DNA of 64,000 bases from Acidobacteria bacterium UBA2999 (lineage in GTDB: Bacteria; Acidobacteriota; Vicinamibacteria; Vicinamibacterales; UBA2999), in assembly GCA_002346475.1 (NCBI GenBank), contig DDZV01000015.1:47643-111642 (forward strand), in the 5' to 3' direction. Shown piece by piece: positions 1 to 9,644 of this stretch. Each line of letters begins with the position of its first letter. Position 1 is the stretch's first letter. Under the pieces are notes generated by a model. The model made no database searches. It saw nothing but the letters and a program-made list of their open reading frames with translations, and was not told where the DNA came from. The translations under genes and the position numbers were made by a program.

Positions 1-716
1 CCTCGATCCTTCATCTGTGCTAATACCCGAGCAAGGATGAACGCAGGATTTGCTAAGGCCCCGCCAAATGATCCCGAATGAAGATCTGTTTTGCTCCCCC
101 GCACATCAATTTGGAAATACGTCAGACCACGTAAGCCATAACAGATTGACGGAACTCCACGATCAAACATCGGTGAATCAGAAACCACCACCACATCAGT
201 AGCAAGCTTGGCCTTATGCGTACGAACAAACTCATCAAGATGGGTACTTCCAACTTCTTCTTCACCTTCAATAAGCAGTTTAATGTTGAGTGGTAATCCA
301 CCCGTTTGCTTCAGATATGCTTCAATCGCCTTGATGTGCATAAAAACCTGACCCTTATCATCAGCAGCACCACGCGCATAAATCTCACCATCACGTACCG
401 TTGCCTCAAATGGGGGTGAAATCCACTGATCGAGTGGATCTACTGGCTGCACGTCATAATGACCATAAAAAAGGAGGGTCGGGGCATCAGATGCACAAAG
501 CCAGTCGCCATAGACAACGGGGTTACCAGGGGTATCAATGAGCTTGACATTCTGTAACCCAATGCGCCGAAGTTCATCAGCCGTCCACTCTGCGCAACGG
601 CGTACGTCAGCTTTGTGTTGCGGCAACGCACTTACACTGGGAATTGCTAGATACTGCTTAAGCTCCTCGACATAGCGATCTCGGTTAATGTGAATAAAAT
701 CGACAACTTGATCCAT
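1..716 (-). CDS. M20-family dipeptidase / ArgE-DapE-like metallopeptidase, N-terminal ~238 aa (gene runs off the window edge)
   Basis: Absent from the ORF track because it has no in-window stop. My minus-strand translation from ATG at 716 reads MDQVVDFIHINRDRYVEELKQYLAIPSVS...LLFYGHYDVQPVDPLDQW...ARGAADDKGQ...LLIEGEEEVGS. These are the metal-site blocks typical of peptidase M20. Confidence 0.8.
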   Translation of the reverse strand, partial: MDQVVDFIHINRDRYVEELKQYLAIPSVSALPQHKADVRRCAEWTADELRRIGLQNVKLIDTPGNPVVYGDWLCASDAPTLLFYGHYDVQPVDPLDQWISPPFEATVRDGEIYARGAADDKGQVFMHIKAIEAYLKQTGGLPLNIKLLIEGEEEVGSTHLDEFVRTHKAKLATDVVVVSDSPMFDRGVPSICYGLRGLTYFQIDVRGSKTDLHSGSFGGALANPAFILARVLAQMKDR

Positions 717-785
717 ACCTAAAATCATAGCGTTAGTCTCTACCTATTAGGTAATGAACTCGTAGGCACCCCCCACAAAGAATCA

Positions 786-1613
786 CTATTGGGAATCTCC
801 TCCGAACGACCAATGTTCACCGTTGTGTATTAATTGTTGTCCCTGTTCAAGCTTCCGGAGGTGTGCCAAAACACTCTCAGCAGCCATCGTTCGTAGCGAC
901 TCTTGGAGGTTGATATAAATGCATGTCACGATTTCCTCAACTGTAGAAGCCCCTGTCCGCAGAGCATCGAGAATTTGTTGCTCCCGCTCAAGACGATGAC
1001 GGATATAGCCACGAAGCAATTCCTCTGGATTGGTAATCACTGGACCGTGCGCCGGAAGGATCCGCGCTGGCCGCAACGTCAGTACCCGCTCCAGTGAGGT
1101 CAAATAAGCACCGAGATCGCCTCCCGTGCTCGCGGGAATGACAACTGTTGTCCCCTGAATTGCGAGGTCGCCGCCAAAGAGTGTCCGCGTCTCTGCGTGC
1201 CAGAAACAAACATGGTCAGGGGCATGTCCAGGAGTATGGATAACTTGAAGAATCCCATCACCGGTATTAATGAACTGTTCGTGCACTAATGGATCCCAAG
1301 ACACTGGATAGCGACTGTCACGATCGAGCCATGCTAGTTTAGAAAATCGTACGCCAGATATATGCTCTTGAAGCGCGAATACACCAGAAGCGTGATCGCT
1401 ATGATTGTGCGTTACAAGCACCTGCGCGAGTCGTGCACCACCGAGAGCTTCGTCGAGAGCCTTCAGATGACGAGGATCACCAGTGCCAGCATCAATAAGC
1501 GTTGGGATAGAACCAGGCAACAACCAAGTAATATTCCCAGCACCAGTCAGTGGTCCTGGATTGAAGACACAAATAGGAAGTGCCGTCAGGAGAGCATCCT
1601 CTTCATTAGACAA
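786..1613 (-). CDS. MBL-fold metallo-hydrolase
   Basis: 275-aa ORF with the 'LVTHNHSDHASG' HxHxDH zinc motif and a later 'HTPGHAPDH'. The TTG start lies 5 nt after the upstream stop. Confidence 0.85.
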   Translation of the reverse strand: MSNEEDALLTALPICVFNPGPLTGAGNITWLLPGSIPTLIDAGTGDPRHLKALDEALGGARLAQVLVTHNHSDHASGVFALQEHISGVRFSKLAWLDRDSRYPVSWDPLVHEQFINTGDGILQVIHTPGHAPDHVCFWHAETRTLFGGDLAIQGTTVVIPASTGGDLGAYLTSLERVLTLRPARILPAHGPVITNPEELLRGYIRHRLEREQQILDALRTGASTVEEIVTCIYINLQESLRTMAAESVLAHLRKLEQGQQLIHNGEHWSFGGDSQ

Positions 1614-1618
1614 TGAAC

Positions 1619-2986
1619 TTAAAAATAAAATTTTAGACGACTATATAGAAAATCACGCTGAGAGAAACGACTTAGCATGTCTAATCCATTCCCCAAAAGC
1701 CAGCCACCAGATATCTCCAACCATATGTTGTCACGTACGCGAATCGACCCGATGCCACGGACAAAGGCACTCTCGGCCTTTGGATTGTACGCACTTAAGA
1801 ATCGAAGCGTCCGTGTTTCGCGTGCAAATGTTCGCTCGATCCACCCAACTAATAGCACATCCGTTGTTTCAATAGCTGGATCAAAGAGTACCGGGGCTCC
1901 CTCCCATTGTGACTGGTTGATACGACTCCAAGTAATCATGAGATTGCTACTAAAATGATAATTTCCTATTCGACGATCGATACCAACTCCACCACTCAGT
2001 GATCGCCCAGGGATACTATTAAGTACTGTAAATGATTGCAGAGTGTCTTCTGGAAAGTACGCGACTTCCCCCCTAATACCCCATTGCCCACGCACTGTTT
2101 CAAAATCCCCAGCAATCATTGTGAATCGTGGAAACGTCTCATATAGCAGAAAGGTCTGCCTGGTTGCTTCCAATGCCGGTGATGGCTCCCGTGTAAAGAT
2201 CGGCAGCGTTTTAAAACCTCGATACACTGATGCGCTCAGGTCAAGCCGTCCAACAGTTCCAGTGACTCGTCCACCGCCTTGCAATTGATTCCACGCAGTT
2301 TTTGGTTCTTCACGAATAGTATTGAAGCGTGCACAACTCCCCGTCCCAGCCAGACAAATAATTTCTTTCGGTGCACCAAGAAAAAATGGTGACGTTTCCT
2401 CCTCAAGTTGATCAAATCGCCCAGGACGAAACATCGGCACTACAATACCCTCAACAGTAAAATTTCTAGGTAGGTATACTCGCCCCCGTACAAGCATTAC
2501 GGGAAGACGTGCTTCGCTGCGCCCCTCTAAAAAAAACCGAGATATATCGAGTGGATTAACTACATCACTCGGCTGAAATTCATCGAGGCGACCCCAAACA
2601 ATGCGCGATGCCCCGATACGTACATCTGCCCGGGCTGTTCGAAATTCGGCATATAGGTCAGAGGGACGAATAATCGCTGCGGCAGTAGTAGTCGTATTCC
2701 CTACGACATTTCTGTTGGCAACAAAACTGTCAATGTATGCACCCATATTCAGATGCAACCAGTTGCTAACGTCCTGCCGACGCTCAATCAAAAGTCTCGT
2801 CCGCAGTTCTGCAACTGATTGATGCCCACCAGCTTTGTCTATGTCTGGCATCACGTTAAACAGGACGGAGACATAACCGTCAATCCAATTGGCTAGATTC
2901 GGTGAAGAACTAGTTTCCTGCTGTCCAAAAGTAGTAACTGGAAAAATGGTGAGCAGTACAACTAAATACAAACACTGGACTCTCAC
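1619..2986 (-). CDS. DUF1302-like outer-membrane beta-barrel protein
   Basis: The track start (3121) lies 138 nt inside the upstream gene. GTG at 2986 overlaps the MMPL stop as GTGA and gives a signal peptide (RVQCLYLVVLLTIFPVTTFG/QQ). The sequence has a 'RIGASRIVWGRLDEF..NPLD' block, an alternating strand pattern, and a C-terminal ...RLKFYF aromatic end typical of OM barrels. Confidence 0.6.
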   Translation of the reverse strand: MRVQCLYLVVLLTIFPVTTFGQQETSSSPNLANWIDGYVSVLFNVMPDIDKAGGHQSVAELRTRLLIERRQDVSNWLHLNMGAYIDSFVANRNVVGNTTTTAAAIIRPSDLYAEFRTARADVRIGASRIVWGRLDEFQPSDVVNPLDISRFFLEGRSEARLPVMLVRGRVYLPRNFTVEGIVVPMFRPGRFDQLEEETSPFFLGAPKEIICLAGTGSCARFNTIREEPKTAWNQLQGGGRVTGTVGRLDLSASVYRGFKTLPIFTREPSPALEATRQTFLLYETFPRFTMIAGDFETVRGQWGIRGEVAYFPEDTLQSFTVLNSIPGRSLSGGVGIDRRIGNYHFSSNLMITWSRINQSQWEGAPVLFDPAIETTDVLLVGWIERTFARETRTLRFLSAYNPKAESAFVRGIGSIRVRDNIWLEISGGWLLGNGLDMLSRFSQRDFLYSRLKFYF

Positions 2987-5304
2987 GGTGTGATTCCCAT
3001 CCGCCTGGCCACTTGAGCTGTGGCATAGATGCGTGGAAGCACTGTAATAACAGCTGGAACAATAAATACTTCCGTAATAAACGCAACCGCCATAGTCAAT
3101 GCCAGTAAGCCGCCAAACCAAGCAGTTGGTTTATAACTAGAGAACATCATGATGCTAAAGCCCAACGAGTTAACAATCGCTGTGGTGAGTGCTGCGCGAC
3201 CTTCATGGGAAGTCGCTATTTCAATAGCCGTGTACGTACTGACCCCGGCTGTAGCTTCTCGTCGGTAACGCCCGATAAAATGTATGGTGTCGTCATCAAC
3301 AATCCCAAGTGCCACGCTCGCAACCATTACGGTAGCGACATTAAGCGAAATATCAATCCAACCCATCACTCCAAGAACAGCCAAAACTGGAACCGCATTG
3401 GCAATCACACCAAGAACGCCGAACCGAACTGATCGGAAAACCAGAAAAATCACTGCAAACACAGTTAAAAAGGCGGTACCAAAACTAGTTATTTGTGATG
3501 TCACGAGGTAATGGTCGAGTGTTGAGAACATCCGTCCAGCACCAGTAACCGTAGTTGTAATACCAGATCCCCTGAATACAGCTTCTGCTCGCCTCTCTGC
3601 CTCATTGATCTGCTCAAAGACCACGTCTGAACTCATCGATGCGAGTTTTATGGACATCTGTGCTTTCGAGTAATCACTGGTAGTAATCCGTGACAACTCA
3701 TGACGCCCAGCACCAGACAACTCGAAAAGGAACAACTCCTGTGCCACAGCCTCAGCACTTTCAGGAAGCACTGCCGCTTCTGGCACACCACCGTTTAGTT
3801 CACGGTTGACCCGTTTTACATAATCCGCTAGCGATACAACCTTTCGAGTGTGGGGAAGCTCCTCAAGTGATTCTCCGAGACGCTCCATACGCTGAAGAAT
3901 CTCTGGGGACTTCATTGATCCTGGCGATCCTTCTAAAAGAATATTAAAACTGTAGACACCTGATAACTCGCGGTCGATCACTTGTGCTGACTCATGGAGA
4001 GGATGTCCCTCTCCAAAAAAATTGATGTGGTTCGTATCGACCCGAAGACGTGAAATTCCAGTTATGGCAAGAGCTGCAATCACAAACCCCACTATGAGGA
4101 CGGAGTGTGCGTACCGTGTCGAGAATGATGCAACTGCTTTCAGGGGACCCATGAGCCATCGTTCCTGTGGTGGCTTTACCGTCTCCGGTGTCAAAAACAT
4201 CAGGAGTGTTGGCACAAATACCAGCGACATTACAAAATCAACCATCACACCGGTAGCCGCTCCGATACCAAAGGCACGAACAGCAAGAACCTGACTTGTG
4301 GCTAGCGATGCTAGGCCAAGGGCGGTTGTCGCACTGGCACCGAATAGCGGTACAAAGAGATTCCTGATAGTTGATATAAATGCTTGTTTCTTGTCGCCCG
4401 TGTCTCTTAATTGATGTATGAAATGCTGCACGATGTGCACATCATCGGCAATCGCAAGCACAACAACAAGGGGTGGCAACATACTAGCGAGCACGTTGTA
4501 CTCAAAACCCATAAGTGAAAAAAGGCCGAGCGTCCAAAGAACTGCAACTATTACTGAGGCCGTGACTATTAATGTGATCTTCCAAGACCTAAACAACCAA
4601 TAGACGGCAAGAATTGTGAGTAGAAGAATGGGGGGAGCTAATGTAAACGTGTTTGAACGGGTCACCCGATTGTAAGTTTCACTGATCTCAAGGCTACCGT
4701 TGTAGTGTGCTGTGAGACCTAGCGGCAATCGAGGATCAATGATCTGGTGAATTCCCTCAATAACTTCACCGCGCATATCATCGACGCGATCTTCATCAAA
4801 ATTAACGACAATGGCCGTAACTCGACCATTTTCAGATACAAGGTCTCCACGAAGTAACCGATCATCTAGGGCACGTGCACGTGCAATACCTGGTGCGTCT
4901 GGCAACTCAAGATCGTCCAGCAAGGGACGAACCTCAATGCCGCTTGAAAACTCCCCGTCTTCAGGAAGCGCACGAACAATGTTAACCGTCGATAAACTCT
5001 GGACCCGCTGGACAGTATCGGTGCGTTCGAGTTCCTCGGTAACCTCTCGAATAAACTCGAGTGACTCTTTGGTAAATAATCTGTCGCCCTCAATAGCAAT
5101 AATGAGTGTCCGGCCACCGCCGAACTCATCCCGAAATTGTTCGTAAGTTTGATAGACAGGATCGCTTTCTGAAATCCACGTAGTAACATCATTATTTAGT
5201 GCGGTGAAATTCGCGAGTGGGGCTAAAGCAAGCGATCCGAGTACAAGTAAAACAAAAGCGGGATGGCGGAATTGCCAAATGAGAATCGCAAGCCGTGCAC
5301 TCAT
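2983..5304 (-). CDS. MMPL / RND-superfamily (COG1033-type) exporter
   Basis: 773 aa with two TM bundles, each preceded by a large soluble loop. The acidic TM motifs are duplicated: 'LAIADDVHIVQHF' and 'ALGIVDDDTIHFIGRY'. Confidence 0.85.
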   Translation of the reverse strand: MSARLAILIWQFRHPAFVLLVLGSLALAPLANFTALNNDVTTWISESDPVYQTYEQFRDEFGGGRTLIIAIEGDRLFTKESLEFIREVTEELERTDTVQRVQSLSTVNIVRALPEDGEFSSGIEVRPLLDDLELPDAPGIARARALDDRLLRGDLVSENGRVTAIVVNFDEDRVDDMRGEVIEGIHQIIDPRLPLGLTAHYNGSLEISETYNRVTRSNTFTLAPPILLLTILAVYWLFRSWKITLIVTASVIVAVLWTLGLFSLMGFEYNVLASMLPPLVVVLAIADDVHIVQHFIHQLRDTGDKKQAFISTIRNLFVPLFGASATTALGLASLATSQVLAVRAFGIGAATGVMVDFVMSLVFVPTLLMFLTPETVKPPQERWLMGPLKAVASFSTRYAHSVLIVGFVIAALAITGISRLRVDTNHINFFGEGHPLHESAQVIDRELSGVYSFNILLEGSPGSMKSPEILQRMERLGESLEELPHTRKVVSLADYVKRVNRELNGGVPEAAVLPESAEAVAQELFLFELSGAGRHELSRITTSDYSKAQMSIKLASMSSDVVFEQINEAERRAEAVFRGSGITTTVTGAGRMFSTLDHYLVTSQITSFGTAFLTVFAVIFLVFRSVRFGVLGVIANAVPVLAVLGVMGWIDISLNVATVMVASVALGIVDDDTIHFIGRYRREATAGVSTYTAIEIATSHEGRAALTTAIVNSLGFSIMMFSSYKPTAWFGGLLALTMAVAFITEVFIVPAVITVLPRIYATAQVARRMGITP

Positions 5305-6173
5305 TGGCCAGGCACCATCTCCAAGCGTCTCCGGCTAAAATCAGCTTCCGTTAACCCAACGTTGTACTCGATTGACAGGGTTTCAAGCTCGGTTCGTGTT
5401 TGTTCACTCTTATCAACCATTACGAGTGCCGTCACTGTCCAAATACCGCTGATTTGATCTAATCGCGTTACCTCAAAAACTTTCGCTTGCTCATCCCGAT
5501 GGTTATATATATCAGCATGTACAAGTACAAGTTGTTCTTTAAGGATCGTTGAGACTGACCGTGGATAGTTCATCTTTTGATCTTTGCCAACGGCTTCGAT
5601 ACGCCAGGCTGGATAATATGCACCATCAGGTGCCACCCAGGTAGCATCTTCCTCAACAAATTGGTAAGTGTAATCGGCTACATTTCGACCACCAATATCC
5701 TCATAGCTGAGATCGCTGCCAACAAAACTTTCTTGTTTTTCAGCACCTGTAATCCGCCTAACACGCCCGAGTGCAGGCAAGAAGAGAAACCGCTCATCCT
5801 CAGCATCTGGATGTTCCCACACAAGAAGCGCAGTGTTCCGTATGTCATTAGGATAGGTAAAGCGTACGAGGATGCGGTCTTTGGTGTTCCCGGCCTCGTG
5901 ACGGGTTAAGAAAGTCATCGTCCGCTCACGAACACGGCCCTGACGATCATAAAGCCGCATTCGCATTTCAGCCTGAGAATCTTGACCCGTATCACGATCC
6001 TGAGCCAGACGTGCCACTTCCTCAGCGGTAAGTTGATTCGCCGTAACGACTGGAATTTGGTACATCAAACCCATTACGCCAAAACACAACACCAAGAAAC
6101 TTATGCTCGTGATAGAGAACTGCTTCAATGCTTGTGGCAATACTTGGTTGTGATGTAGATCAAGGCGAAACAT
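5301..6173 (-). CDS. outer-membrane lipoprotein-sorting (LolA-like / DUF1329-like) protein
   Basis: 290 aa with an N-terminal hydrophobic anchor. It carries the hallmark block 'ERFLFLPALGRVRRITG...SFVGSDLSYEDIGG' and overlaps the MMPL gene by 4 nt. Confidence 0.8.
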   Translation of the reverse strand: MFRLDLHHNQVLPQALKQFSITSISFLVLCFGVMGLMYQIPVVTANQLTAEEVARLAQDRDTGQDSQAEMRMRLYDRQGRVRERTMTFLTRHEAGNTKDRILVRFTYPNDIRNTALLVWEHPDAEDERFLFLPALGRVRRITGAEKQESFVGSDLSYEDIGGRNVADYTYQFVEEDATWVAPDGAYYPAWRIEAVGKDQKMNYPRSVSTILKEQLVLVHADIYNHRDEQAKVFEVTRLDQISGIWTVTALVMVDKSEQTRTELETLSIEYNVGLTEADFSRRRLEMVPGQ

Positions 6174-6185
6174 GACAAAGAGTCT

Positions 6186-7364
6186 TTACGTTTGTTGAGG
6201 ATTCTGAGCTGTAGGCACTCGGCTTAAACCCACCATACTAATAAGAAACGCTGCTAGCATTAGGGTAGCAGCTGTGAGATAAGGTGTTACTAAGCCAAAG
6301 TTGTCGTAAAGAAACCCCCCTGTAACAGGTCCGATAATCCGAGCAAGACTGGCTGTCGACTGCGAAATGCCAAGCACGCCACCTTGTTCGTCAGCGTGTG
6401 ACAATCGAGAAATCATAGACGTAATTGAGGGACTATTAAAACCCATGCCTACTGATAGCAGTGCTACTGCTACAAGAAGGGCTGTAACACTTCCTGAGAT
6501 GGGGATGAGTACAAGACCAGCTGCAAGTACTAGAATCGCAATGGGGACAACACGGTGCTCACCAACCAGGCGTGCCATACGCCCAACGAGGGTACCTTGA
6601 ACAATCGCCAAAATTACACCTACGAATGCAAAAACATACCCAATGGTTGAAGCATTAAATCCATAGCGTACTTCGCTAAAAAGTGCGAAAGTTGCCTCAA
6701 AACTTGAAAAAGCAGCGATCACAATAAAATAAACTAACAGTAATTGTGGAAGATATGGACGTGCTATGGCAGCCTTCAACACTTCGAAACGGGAGCCTCC
6801 ACGCTGATGCCCATGATTGCTTGGAGGTTTAGACTCTGGTAACACAAACCAGGCAGATATGAAGTTCAGCAATGACAATCCAGATGCAAAAAATGAAGGT
6901 ACCTGATAACCCCACTGGCTAAGGAATCCCCCAATAGCAGGACCAAAAATAAAACCCAAGCCAAATGCTGCGCCAACAAGCCCCATGCCTCTGGCTCGAT
7001 TCTCTGGAGTGGTAACGTCAGCCATGTACGCTTGTGCCGTGGACACATTTGCGCCAGCAATACCTGCAAAAATGCGTGAGACAAACAATAGTGTCAGCGA
7101 TGTTGCCAACCCAAAAAATAGGTACGCTAAAAAGGATCCAAACAATCCAATCAGAATCACTGGTCGACGGCCAATGCGATCTGATAATCGACCCCAGAAT
7201 GGGGCAAACAAAAACTGCATAAACGAAAACGATGTGCTCAGCAAACCAACGGAAAGAGCAGTGCCACCGAAATGCTCAGCATAAAACGGTAGCAATGGAA
7301 TAATGATTCCAAAGCCAATTAGATCAATAAACACTGTAAGGAAAACTACGGCCGTTGGAGTCAT
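6186..7364 (-). CDS. MFS transporter (TCR/Tet-like, 12 TM)
   Basis: 392 aa with MFS motif A 'GRLSDRIGRRPVIL'. It lies 12 nt upstream of the LolA-like gene. Confidence 0.85.
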   Translation of the reverse strand: MTPTAVVFLTVFIDLIGFGIIIPLLPFYAEHFGGTALSVGLLSTSFSFMQFLFAPFWGRLSDRIGRRPVILIGLFGSFLAYLFFGLATSLTLLFVSRIFAGIAGANVSTAQAYMADVTTPENRARGMGLVGAAFGLGFIFGPAIGGFLSQWGYQVPSFFASGLSLLNFISAWFVLPESKPPSNHGHQRGGSRFEVLKAAIARPYLPQLLLVYFIVIAAFSSFEATFALFSEVRYGFNASTIGYVFAFVGVILAIVQGTLVGRMARLVGEHRVVPIAILVLAAGLVLIPISGSVTALLVAVALLSVGMGFNSPSITSMISRLSHADEQGGVLGISQSTASLARIIGPVTGGFLYDNFGLVTPYLTAATLMLAAFLISMVGLSRVPTAQNPQQT

Positions 7365-8104
7365 TCCGCGTCAGCTCCCACCCGGTGAAGACGGAAATGT
7401 GTGAAATACGACACAAGAAGGTAATAAACCGGAAAAATAAACGAACTCCAAAATAAAATTCTCGACACATCGGTAGACAATTGAAGGACTAAAACAAGAA
7501 TTATCGCTGTCCATACAATGCCAAGCGTAATTGTAGTGCGCCTCAACGTAACCGTCTTTGAGCGGTAAATGTATTTCAATGGTACAAAGACAAGAATCAC
7601 AAAAACAATAAGTACTACGGCATTGATAACAAGAGGCCAGTTAGCAATGTACAAATAAAAAACTACGATGTTCCAGTAGGATGGAAATCCAGTAAAAAAA
7701 TGATCGTCTGTTTTGGCCGCTGATTGACTAAAACCATAGGCACTAGCAAGTAACATTGCAGCACAAATTGGGACCGTGACGGACACTGGCACAAGGGATG
7801 CGTACGACACAAGTAACACAGGTACGAACACGTAGGTGAGATAGTCAACAAGATTGTCGAGCAAAGCACCATTAAACCAGGGAAGCTTTTCTGAAACGCG
7901 AAAACGCCTAGCTAGGAATCCGTCTGTTGAATCAATTACTGTAGCTACAAATAATAAAAGGAAGGCCCGTTGGTATGCTTGCTCAGTAATACTCGTAACT
8001 GCAAGGAATCCAAGTACTACACCGCTTGCAGTATAAAGATGAATTAGCCAGGCACCAACCACAGCGTCAAGCTCACAGTCGACGGACAGCGGCTGGGAAA
8101 TCAT
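7361..8104 (-). CDS. pcs: phosphatidylcholine synthase (CDP-alcohol phosphatidyltransferase family)
   Basis: 'DSTDGFLARR...LLDNLVDYLTYV' is the CDP-alcohol transferase motif. The 'LIHLYTASG' and 'FFTGFPSYWNIVVFY' blocks match Pcs as I remember it from rhizobia. I chose ATG 8104 because the track start at 8218 is deep in the upstream gene. The 3' end overlaps the MFS gene by 4 nt. Confidence 0.7.
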   Translation of the reverse strand: MISQPLSVDCELDAVVGAWLIHLYTASGVVLGFLAVTSITEQAYQRAFLLLFVATVIDSTDGFLARRFRVSEKLPWFNGALLDNLVDYLTYVFVPVLLVSYASLVPVSVTVPICAAMLLASAYGFSQSAAKTDDHFFTGFPSYWNIVVFYLYIANWPLVINAVVLIVFVILVFVPLKYIYRSKTVTLRRTTITLGIVWTAIILVLVLQLSTDVSRILFWSSFIFPVYYLLVSYFTHFRLHRVGADAE

Positions 8105-9608
8105 TCCAGACCGGTACGCCACAGAAGTGACTTCCTTCGGTGCATCTTGGTGAAACAAGCCCGTTACGAATGACGCACGGCGGACCAATATGTCGCGCGA
8201 TCCTAGGATGTGCAACACGAACTTGGGCTAATTCATCCATCGATGCTAAATAAATTTCCTCCTGTGCATTAAAACAAGTACGCATTGTCCACTTGTGCAT
8301 CAAAGCAAGAAGTGAACCTGATTCGATAAAGCGAAGAGCCTTCGCGTTTGGTAAGAGGTAAAGCGCAAATTCTAGCGGTACTCCCAAATCAAGAAGCCTG
8401 TTTTTAGCTTCCCACGCATGTTCCATGGCCTCCTTATAAAGGCTGTAAGCATCTGTGTTTGAAGAGATTAGGCGAGGTGTTATGTAATCTGGATCACGTG
8501 TATCAGTAAACGCCATCAATGGGCGGGATGCTGGCACCATCCGGTGCCGTTGGTCTTGTGAATCAGCAGTATGACTTAATCGTTTTTCAAAAACATATGT
8601 TACGTGATGCAAAGCCCGCATCAGTGGTGAATTGTATGTTACATTCATTATGTCAAGTCGGTAACGATTCTTTGCTGGATCCATAACCCGATTAAGCGCT
8701 TCATCATCTGACATCTCCGCTAAGGTCAATCCAAATACTGATCGTACTGCTTCAGCAAGAACTCCTTCGGCTTCTGGAGATACGTCAAGCAATCGTGAAC
8801 AGCGCTTACCAAGTCGCGTATCAAATTCAGCAATAAAAGTTTCGCCTCTGTCTCGCGGACGAGGAAAAGATGTTTCTGCTAAGTCTTCCGACAACCATGG
8901 TTCCTCGCCGATGCGTTCGAAGAACGCTGGATCCCACTCCTTTACAAGCCTGACCATTTCCCCTACAACCTGCCTAGCTTCATACGGCGCATCACCGCTA
9001 TTAACCATACGTTGCAACCGATGCAAGACAATGCCGGAAACTGTGTGCACCATGGAGGTGAAAGCTGCGATTGGCAACACGTAACGTGCCGTTTCAATGG
9101 CTCGTTTCCCTGCGTCTTTGTCAATCACTTTTAGTCGTTCAGGTGAACTCTTCGGCTGGATATACCGCAACTCTTTTAAGATGGTGGTGGCATCATCTTT
9201 TAGTAATGAGGACAACTTAGCGTAATAGTCCCAAGCCCTAAGAATCGCAGCTTCGTAAATGTTAAGCGCCTCACCACTGAGTGGCGGCACAAACGCACGT
9301 GGTTCACGCAATTTGACATAGCGCTGACTGGATTGCTCGGAGTTGTAGAAAGGATATGAATGCAGAAAACTCCAAACAAATTGTCGAGACACATTTTCAA
9401 GACCAAATTCAAAGTGAGCATGCTGATAAACCGTGTGATGTCCGCCATCAAAGGTTAGTCGACCTATTGATTCTCGTTGTCGTTCAGTCACTTCATTTGA
9501 CGACACAACACGCGGCGAGTAACAAGTACGTGCCGCAGCAATTGCCCCATCGTAGGGCATAACAGGTGCAGTCCGGAGAGTAATATGCGGGGGATCCGTG
9601 AGTAACAT
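8073..9608 (-). CDS. double-length flavin-dependent thymidylate synthase (ThyX/Thy1)-like protein
   Basis: 511 aa, equivalent to two Thy1-like halves. Half 1: 'GGHHTVYQHAHFEFGLENVSRQ...LHSYPFYNSEQSSQRYV'. Half 2: 'HHVTYVFEKRLSHTADSQDQRHRMVPASRP'. The C-terminus has a Cys cluster, 'PPCVIRNGLVSPRCTEGSHFCG'. Confidence 0.65.
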   Translation of the reverse strand: MLLTDPPHITLRTAPVMPYDGAIAAARTCYSPRVVSSNEVTERQRESIGRLTFDGGHHTVYQHAHFEFGLENVSRQFVWSFLHSYPFYNSEQSSQRYVKLREPRAFVPPLSGEALNIYEAAILRAWDYYAKLSSLLKDDATTILKELRYIQPKSSPERLKVIDKDAGKRAIETARYVLPIAAFTSMVHTVSGIVLHRLQRMVNSGDAPYEARQVVGEMVRLVKEWDPAFFERIGEEPWLSEDLAETSFPRPRDRGETFIAEFDTRLGKRCSRLLDVSPEAEGVLAEAVRSVFGLTLAEMSDDEALNRVMDPAKNRYRLDIMNVTYNSPLMRALHHVTYVFEKRLSHTADSQDQRHRMVPASRPLMAFTDTRDPDYITPRLISSNTDAYSLYKEAMEHAWEAKNRLLDLGVPLEFALYLLPNAKALRFIESGSLLALMHKWTMRTCFNAQEEIYLASMDELAQVRVAHPRIARHIGPPCVIRNGLVSPRCTEGSHFCGVPVWNDFPAAVRRL

Positions 9609-9644
9609 TACGATGATTCAGTATAGCTGGCTTATATGTAAGAC

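Noticed and set aside
2987-3121. Several track ORFs carry long 5' extensions that overlap the upstream gene. Examples are the starts at 3121, 8218, 11843, 17936, 25290, 31512, 53645, 60721 and 62495.
   Set aside because: The extensions are non-conserved-looking, overlap well-supported upstream genes, and use rare start codons. In each case an internal start with an SD, a coupling overlap or a family-typical N-terminus was available.
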